A DNA stretch of 32,000 nt from Nitrospira sp. (GTDB lineage Bacteria > Nitrospirota > Nitrospiria > Nitrospirales > Nitrospiraceae), in the NCBI GenBank assembly GCA_024331125.1, contig JANDJI010000001.1, positions 1 through 32,000 of the forward strand. The letters are read 5' to 3'. Position 1 is the stretch's first letter. Each line of letters starts with the position of its first letter. Of this stretch, positions 26,723-32,000 are shown one piece after another. Both the position numbers and the translations under genes were made by a program. The notes beneath the pieces were generated by a model. The model had not been told where the DNA came from and did not search any database. It saw only the letters and a list, made by a program, of their open reading frames with translations.

Positions 26723-26858
26723 GCATGCTCCTTAGAAATCGAAGGCCCCGGCGCGCAAGACAAGGCCGACGCGGGCGTGCGCCCGATCAGTCGGCGCCCC
26801 TGCCCGGCGCGATCGGCCGGTCTTCTTGAAGATTCATCGTTTGTGTCTTCATCAAAAA

Positions 26859-27980
26859 TCAGTAGAACAGACTCAACCGTCTCCGTTTCACGTTCAACAA
26901 AAGCCCCAGCGACGCCATGGACATGATCGTGGCACTGCCGCCGTAACTCACCAGCGGCAAAGGAATCCCTACGATCGGAAACATGCCCGCCGTCATCCCG
27001 ATGTTGACTACGATGCAGAAGCACAGCATCGAGACGATTCCCACCGCCAACAACGCTCCGAGCTGGTCCTTTGCCTTGGACGCGATGTCCAGCGAAAGCC
27101 AAATCAACGATACAAACAACGCCAGAAGAACGAGCACCCCGACGAACCCCCATTCTTCCGCATACACCGCAAACACGAAGTCCGTATGCCCCTCCGGCAA
27201 AAATTTCAGTTGGCTTTGCGTGCCGCCGAACAACCCTTTTCCCATCAACTCACCGGACCCGATCGCGATCCTCGATTGCAACGCGTGATACCCTTTTCCG
27301 CTCGGATCGTAGCTCGGATCGACGAACGCCATGATGCGCTGCCGCTGGTAATCATGCAATGCTCCCCAGGCGCCCTCCCACACAAAGGGGAACAACATCA
27401 CGGAGAACAGAAGCGCGATGCCGAGGGCCTGGGAGCGAACGCCGACCATCAGCAACATCGCCGCGTAGACCGCGACAAAACTCAATCCGCTTCCCAAGTC
27501 AGGCTGCTTCAGAATCAAGAGCAGCCCCGGCAGCATCAGAAGTCCGGGCACGATCACACGCTGCAACCAGCCGACGCGGGGCGCTTTCGAATAATACTGA
27601 GCCAAGACCAGAATGAGGACGAGTTTGGCGAACTCCGACGGCTGAAAGCTGAAGGGTCCGAGGGCGATCCACCGTTGTGCGCCCTTGCTCGTCCGCCCCT
27701 CCAAAAGGACGAACGCGAGCAGAAACAACACGACGGCGTACGCGGGATACGCCAACCGGGCGATGGTGTGATAATCCCATGCCCACATGACGATGAACGC
27801 CAGAGTGCCGACGCCGATCCATGCCACCTGCTTCAAATAATACGGCGCGATGCCGCCATCTTGATCATGGGTGACGCTATGAATGGAAAGCAGGCCGATT
27901 CCCAAAATGGCCGCGATCAGCCCGATATAGCGGAGATCAAAGGTGTCAAAGCCCCGTGCTTCCGTCACGCGATCGATCAT
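26859..27980 (-). CDS. rodA: SEDS-family peptidoglycan polymerase RodA
   Basis: 373-aa polytopic protein with QPSEFAKL, TDFVFAV.AEE.GF and GIPLPLVSYGGS motifs. Its ATG overlaps the mrdA stop (ATGA). Confidence 0.9.
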   Translation of the reverse strand: MIDRVTEARGFDTFDLRYIGLIAAILGIGLLSIHSVTHDQDGGIAPYYLKQVAWIGVGTLAFIVMWAWDYHTIARLAYPAYAVVLFLLAFVLLEGRTSKGAQRWIALGPFSFQPSEFAKLVLILVLAQYYSKAPRVGWLQRVIVPGLLMLPGLLLILKQPDLGSGLSFVAVYAAMLLMVGVRSQALGIALLFSVMLFPFVWEGAWGALHDYQRQRIMAFVDPSYDPSGKGYHALQSRIAIGSGELMGKGLFGGTQSQLKFLPEGHTDFVFAVYAEEWGFVGVLVLLALFVSLIWLSLDIASKAKDQLGALLAVGIVSMLCFCIVVNIGMTAGMFPIVGIPLPLVSYGGSATIMSMASLGLLLNVKRRRLSLFY

Positions 27981-29845
27981 AACGGCTCCGAGGTCGCTCC
28001 AATCCGCTCTGCGGCGGGCGCATCGGTCGCGCCCGCCGACTGCCCCTCATTCAGCTTAAAATAGGCCTCAATGACTTCTTTCGCCAGGGGAGCCGCGGCG
28101 GATCCGCCGTGCCCCATGTGCTCGACCAACACGGCGACCGCGATCTTCGGCGACTCGACCGGAGCAAAGGCGATGAACCACGCGTGATCGCGGAACTTTT
28201 TGGGAATCGACTCCTGCGGCCCCGTTCGAAGCGCCGCGACCTGCGCCGTCCCCGTTTTCCCGCCGATCGTCACGACGGACGATTTCGCCCTCGTGGCCGT
28301 CCCGATTTTGACGACATCGGCCAGCGCTTCTTTGATGAGGCGAAACGTTTCGGGTTTCGCGTTGATTTTCCCCCGTGGAACCGCCGGCAGCTCTTGCAAG
28401 TTGCCGGTGATCCGATCCATCACCGCCAGCACCAGGCGCGGTCGATAATTGACGCCGTCATTGGCGACGGTGGCGATCAAGTTGGCCATTTGCAGCGGTG
28501 TCACCGTCACGTATCCCTGACCGATCGCCACGGAAATGGTTTCGCCGGGCAGCCACGGTTCTTTCTTCACCTTTTTTTTCCACGCGGTCGACGGCATAAT
28601 GCCGGCCCGCTCGGAAGGCAAATTCACGCCGGTGCTTTGTCCCAGTCCGAATTCTTTGCCGAATTCGGCCATCAGATCGATGCCCATGCGCTGGCCGACG
28701 GTGTAAAAGTACACGTCGCACGAGTGCACGAGGGCGCTGTGCAGATTGACCGCTCCGTGCCCGGTCGCTTTCCAATCGCGGAAAATCCGGTTCCCGAACT
28801 GGTAGCCGCCGTTGCAGGTTACGGTGCTGAACGGCGAGACGGTTTTCGACTCCAACGCGGCCACCGCCATCGGCACTTTGAACGTGGAACCCGGAGGATA
28901 TTGTCCCTGAGAAGCGCGATTGTTCAGAGGGCGTCCCTCGTCCTGGACGATTTCGACCCATTGTTTGGGGGTCAGCTCGCGCGAGAGCACGTTCGGATCG
29001 AAGGCCGGACGGCTGGCCATGGCCAAAATGTCTCCGTTGGTCGGGTCCAAGGCCACGATGGCGCCGTACTCACGACCCAGCAGCTCTTCAGCCAACTTCT
29101 GCAACCGAACGTCGATCGTGAGATAGAGATCGTTCCCCGCCTGGGGTTTCTCCACCACAACGGCCTTCTTTTCATGACCGTGGGCGTCGACCTCGACTCG
29201 TTTAGACCCGGCTTGGCCGCGCACGTACCGGTCAAAGGACTTCTCGATCCCGTACTGGCCGACGATACTGCCCTGATGAAGATCGGAAAACTCCGGCTTC
29301 TCCAGTTGTTCGGCCGATACCTCCCCGACGTAGCCCAACAAATGAGACGCCGTCACCCCGCCGGGATAGTTTCGCTGCGATTCGACCTGGATCATGACGC
29401 CGGGCAGGTCCAGGCGGTGCGACTCGATCAGGACGGCGTCGCGAAGCGTCAACCGATCCTTGATTTTGCGCGGCAGCAGTTTTCCACCCTTTCCCCCCAA
29501 TTTCTTGCGAATGAACGCCTGGTCCAGTTCCAGCAAATCGGACAATTGTTCAATCAACGCCTCCCGATCCTTCACTTCATCCAACGCGACGTACAGACTG
29601 AAGCTCGGAACATTGTTCGCCAGGAGCACTCCATGCCGATCATAAATCAACCCCCGGGCGGGTTCCATCAAGACTTGTCTGGTTCTGTTATTCTCCGAGA
29701 GATCACGGTAATAGGCTCCTTCCCGGATCTGCAAATGCCACAACCGCAGCGCCAGCAGCGCCACGACCAAGAGCAAGCCTATCCGAAGAAGAATGAGCCG
29801 TCGTTGGAAATCGCCGTACTCCGCTTCCGAATAACTTCCCAGCAC
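27977..29845 (-). CDS. mrdA: Penicillin-binding protein 2 (elongasome transpeptidase)
   Basis: N-terminal anchor (RLILLRIGLLLVVALLALRLW), the active-site STFK (PPGSTFKVP), then SCD and KTGTA motifs. I place the start at GTG 29845 (AGGAG 8 nt upstream, 12 nt after the mreD stop). The track's 77-residue extension overlaps mreD and contains no ATG. Confidence 0.9.
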   Translation of the reverse strand: MLGSYSEAEYGDFQRRLILLRIGLLLVVALLALRLWHLQIREGAYYRDLSENNRTRQVLMEPARGLIYDRHGVLLANNVPSFSLYVALDEVKDREALIEQLSDLLELDQAFIRKKLGGKGGKLLPRKIKDRLTLRDAVLIESHRLDLPGVMIQVESQRNYPGGVTASHLLGYVGEVSAEQLEKPEFSDLHQGSIVGQYGIEKSFDRYVRGQAGSKRVEVDAHGHEKKAVVVEKPQAGNDLYLTIDVRLQKLAEELLGREYGAIVALDPTNGDILAMASRPAFDPNVLSRELTPKQWVEIVQDEGRPLNNRASQGQYPPGSTFKVPMAVAALESKTVSPFSTVTCNGGYQFGNRIFRDWKATGHGAVNLHSALVHSCDVYFYTVGQRMGIDLMAEFGKEFGLGQSTGVNLPSERAGIMPSTAWKKKVKKEPWLPGETISVAIGQGYVTVTPLQMANLIATVANDGVNYRPRLVLAVMDRITGNLQELPAVPRGKINAKPETFRLIKEALADVVKIGTATRAKSSVVTIGGKTGTAQVAALRTGPQESIPKKFRDHAWFIAFAPVESPKIAVAVLVEHMGHGGSAAAPLAKEVIEAYFKLNEGQSAGATDAPAAERIGATSEPL

Positions 29846-29856
29846 GAGGATGACTC

Positions 29857-30357
29857 CTACATCCGATATTCCGCCAGCCAATGCTCCACGTTGAATCGAC
29901 TCCGTGCGACCCAGTAGAGCGCACCGCCGACCAGCGCGTCCAAAACTCCTTGGGGCAGCACGACGGCTCGAATCGCCCACCACAGGTCCTGCCGACCGTT
30001 GAGCGTCAGCAAGGACGCCGTCACCGATCCCGCCGAGCACGACAAGAAAAAGATCCCCAGCATAAGCATCGGCCACGAGAGATACACGACATGACGTCCC
30101 GCGAAACCGGCTGCGTATCCCACGGCGCCCTTGACCCCCATGGCCACAACGGGATCAATCGCCGAGAACAGACTCATGACCCATCCCAGCGTCAGACCGA
30201 CCAACAACCCGTGAAGCTCGCCTCCCAATAAACCGGCCAGACAGGCAGCAACCAACGCGATGTCCGGCGTCACACCCGCAATCTTCACATGAGGCAGCAA
30301 AACGGATTGCAGGGGAACCATCAGGGCGATGAAGGCGGACCACACCAGCACGTTCAT
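29857..30357 (-). CDS. mreD: Rod shape-determining protein MreD
   Basis: 166-aa, entirely hydrophobic multi-helix protein between mreC and mrdA. Its ATG overlaps the mreC stop (ATGA). Confidence 0.8.
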   Translation of the reverse strand: MNVLVWSAFIALMVPLQSVLLPHVKIAGVTPDIALVAACLAGLLGGELHGLLVGLTLGWVMSLFSAIDPVVAMGVKGAVGYAAGFAGRHVVYLSWPMLMLGIFFLSCSAGSVTASLLTLNGRQDLWWAIRAVVLPQGVLDALVGGALYWVARSRFNVEHWLAEYRM

Positions 30358-31229
30358 GATTTCTTCACCTTTGGAGCGCCGAGCCGTTCCCCTTCGCCGG
30401 GAACGGCGAGGGATTGAATCACCAGCACTTCTTCGACGCGCTCGCCGTCCACTTCCGGAACCAACTCGGCCGACAGAAACAATCCCTCGTCTTCTTTGTG
30501 GATGGCGGTGATGGTTCCGAGGGCCAACCCTTTGGGAAATCCACCCACAAGCCCGGACGTCACGACCCGGTCGCCAGGCCGCGCGTCCGACAACATGGGA
30601 ATATATTTCAGCCGCGCCGATCCGCTGGAGGTTCCTTCGACAATCCCCTCGTCCCTCGTCCGCTGCACCAACCCCGCAATGGCGTTGTTGGGGTCCGTCA
30701 CCAGCAGCACCACCGACGTCGCGCTCGTGGTCTTGACGATACGCCCCACGACACCGGCCGGTGTCACCACGCCCATGTCCGGACGGAGGCCGTCCGTTTC
30801 CCCTTTGTTCAAAATGATCGTTCGATACCAGTTGCCCGTATCACGGCCGATCACCTGCGCCGCGATCGTCGTCCCCCCGATTTGCTGCTTGAAATCCAAC
30901 AGAGCTGCGAGGCGGTCGGTCGCGGCGGCGGCTTCCCGAAGCTGACTGTTCTGCCCTTTCAGATATTCGAGTTCTTTCCGTAGTTCTCTGTTTTCGGCTT
31001 CCACCGTCCGCAACGCGACGTACCCGGCCCACAGATCGGCGATGCCGTCGCTGACGCCGGCCACGGCGCGGAGAGGCCAGCTCACAATCCACCCGACGGG
31101 ACTCCCGGCTCGTTGGAACAGGCCCTGGAATTGTGCGGGCAAAAGAAGGAAACCGACCAGAAGCACGACGGCCAGGAGAATGACCAGCCGCCCTGTATTG
31201 TAGGGTGCGCGAAAATTGACCATCCGCAT
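30354..31229 (-). CDS. mreC: Rod shape-determining protein MreC
   Basis: N-terminal anchor, a coiled coil (ENRELRKELEYLKGQNSQLREA), and beta-rich domains (GVVTPAGVVGRIV.., VVTSGL.G.FPKGL.LG). It lies directly after mreB. Confidence 0.88.
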   Translation of the reverse strand: MRMVNFRAPYNTGRLVILLAVVLLVGFLLLPAQFQGLFQRAGSPVGWIVSWPLRAVAGVSDGIADLWAGYVALRTVEAENRELRKELEYLKGQNSQLREAAAATDRLAALLDFKQQIGGTTIAAQVIGRDTGNWYRTIILNKGETDGLRPDMGVVTPAGVVGRIVKTTSATSVVLLVTDPNNAIAGLVQRTRDEGIVEGTSSGSARLKYIPMLSDARPGDRVVTSGLVGGFPKGLALGTITAIHKEDEGLFLSAELVPEVDGERVEEVLVIQSLAVPGEGERLGAPKVKKS

Positions 31230-31243
31230 CGCGGGATGGAACC

Positions 31244-32000
31244 TTACCGGAGATTGTTGGCCTGAGACATGACCGATACCTTTCGGAGGAGATCCAGCTC
31301 ATCCAAAATTTTTCCGACTCCCAACACCACGGACGTCAGAGGATCATCCACCGTAATGATCGGCAAATTCGTTTCTTCACGGAACCGCGTATCCATTCCC
31401 TTCAGGAGCGATCCTCCCCCCGTCAAGACGATGCCGCGATCGATAATGTCCCCCGCCAACTCGGGCGGAGTGTTCTCCAACGCGATCTTGATGGCGTTGA
31501 CGATCGTCGTGATCGGCTCGTGAAGGGCCTCACGGACCTCGGCGTCGTCGATGACCAGGGTGCGGGGAATACCTGAAATCAAATCGCGGCCCTTGATCAT
31601 CATGGTCTTTCGCTCTTCAAACGGGTAGGCGGAGCCGATTTCGAATTTGATCCGCTCCGCCATGTGCTCCCCGATGAGCAGGTTGTACTTCTTTTTGATG
31701 TAGTTCATGATGGCTTCGTCCATCCGATCGCCCGCCACCTTCACCGACTCGCTGTAGACGATGCCGCCGAGCGAGATCACCGCGATGTCCGTCGTGCCCC
31801 CGCCGACGTCGACGACCATGTTGCCCGACGGCTCCGTGATCGGCAGGCCCGAGCCGATGGCCGCGGCGACCGGCTCTTCGATGAGATAGACTTCCCGCGC
31901 GCCGGCCAGCTCCGCCGAGTCGCGCACCGCCCGTTGCTCGACCTGGGTAATGCGGGACGGAACCCCGATGATGATCCTCGGGCGAACGAAGGCGCTGCGA
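31244..32000 (-). CDS. mreB: Actin-like rod-shape protein MreB (3' portion; 5' end beyond the right edge)
   Basis: The frame is open to the window edge: RSAFVRPRIIIGVPSRITQVEQRAVRDSAELAGAREVYLIEEPVAAAIGSGLPI..MVVDVGGGTTDIAVISLGGIVYS...GIVLTGGGSLLKG. The track's M at 31927 is an internal GTG (Val). Confidence 0.92.
   Translation of the reverse strand, partial: RSAFVRPRIIIGVPSRITQVEQRAVRDSAELAGAREVYLIEEPVAAAIGSGLPITEPSGNMVVDVGGGTTDIAVISLGGIVYSESVKVAGDRMDEAIMNYIKKKYNLLIGEHMAERIKFEIGSAYPFEERKTMMIKGRDLISGIPRTLVIDDAEVREALHEPITTIVNAIKIALENTPPELAGDIIDRGIVLTGGGSLLKGMDTRFREETNLPIITVDDPLTSVVLGVGKILDELDLLRKVSVMSQANNLR

Noticed and set aside
29846-30076. A 77-residue N-terminal extension of the PBP2 ORF.
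   Set aside because: It overlaps mreD and contains no ATG. A GTG at 29845 with an AGGAG ribosome-binding site sits just after the mreD stop and gives a canonical PBP2 N-terminus.
1-32000. A scan for CRISPR arrays, rRNA and tRNA genes.
   Set aside because: I recognised no regularly spaced direct repeats, no rRNA-like conserved stretches and no complete cloverleaf candidates by eye. This is a manual scan, so small RNAs could be missed.

Overview
Almost every gene in this 32-kb window is on the minus strand, and the window has two distinct parts. All calls rest on manual translation and motif recognition; no searches were run.

Left part (about 1-18.2 kb): an ammonia-oxidation module.
- The 5' end of amoC (1-124) runs off the left edge. 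It is too short to appear in the ORF track.
- A roughly 5.6-kb stretch holds three insertion-sequence relics in different stages of decay, plus a lower-GC MOSC-domain gene.
- The hydroxylamine-oxidation operon haoA-haoB-cycA-cycB follows: an octahaem HAO, its membrane partner, tetrahaem cytochrome c554 and the NapC/NirT-type tetrahaem cM552.
- Directly upstream of hao sits a complete, tightly coupled System I cytochrome c maturation operon, ccmABCDEFGHI.

Right part (about 18.2-32 kb): ordinary chromosome. It carries a DUF1269 membrane protein, lipocalin Blc, a SnoaL/NTF2-like protein, pilT, topA, dprA, an RNase E/G-family gene, rodA, mrdA (PBP2), mreD, mreC and partial mreB.

The hao-cyc genes and the IS/MOSC stretch are visibly less GC-rich than the ccm operon and the housekeeping block.

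The main signal is an AMO/HAO/ccm island next to a housekeeping backbone that does not look like a classical ammonia oxidiser. To my recollection this is the arrangement reported for complete ammonia oxidisers (comammox Nitrospira). That host assignment is inference and needs phylogenetic checking. I found no rRNA, tRNA or CRISPR array.
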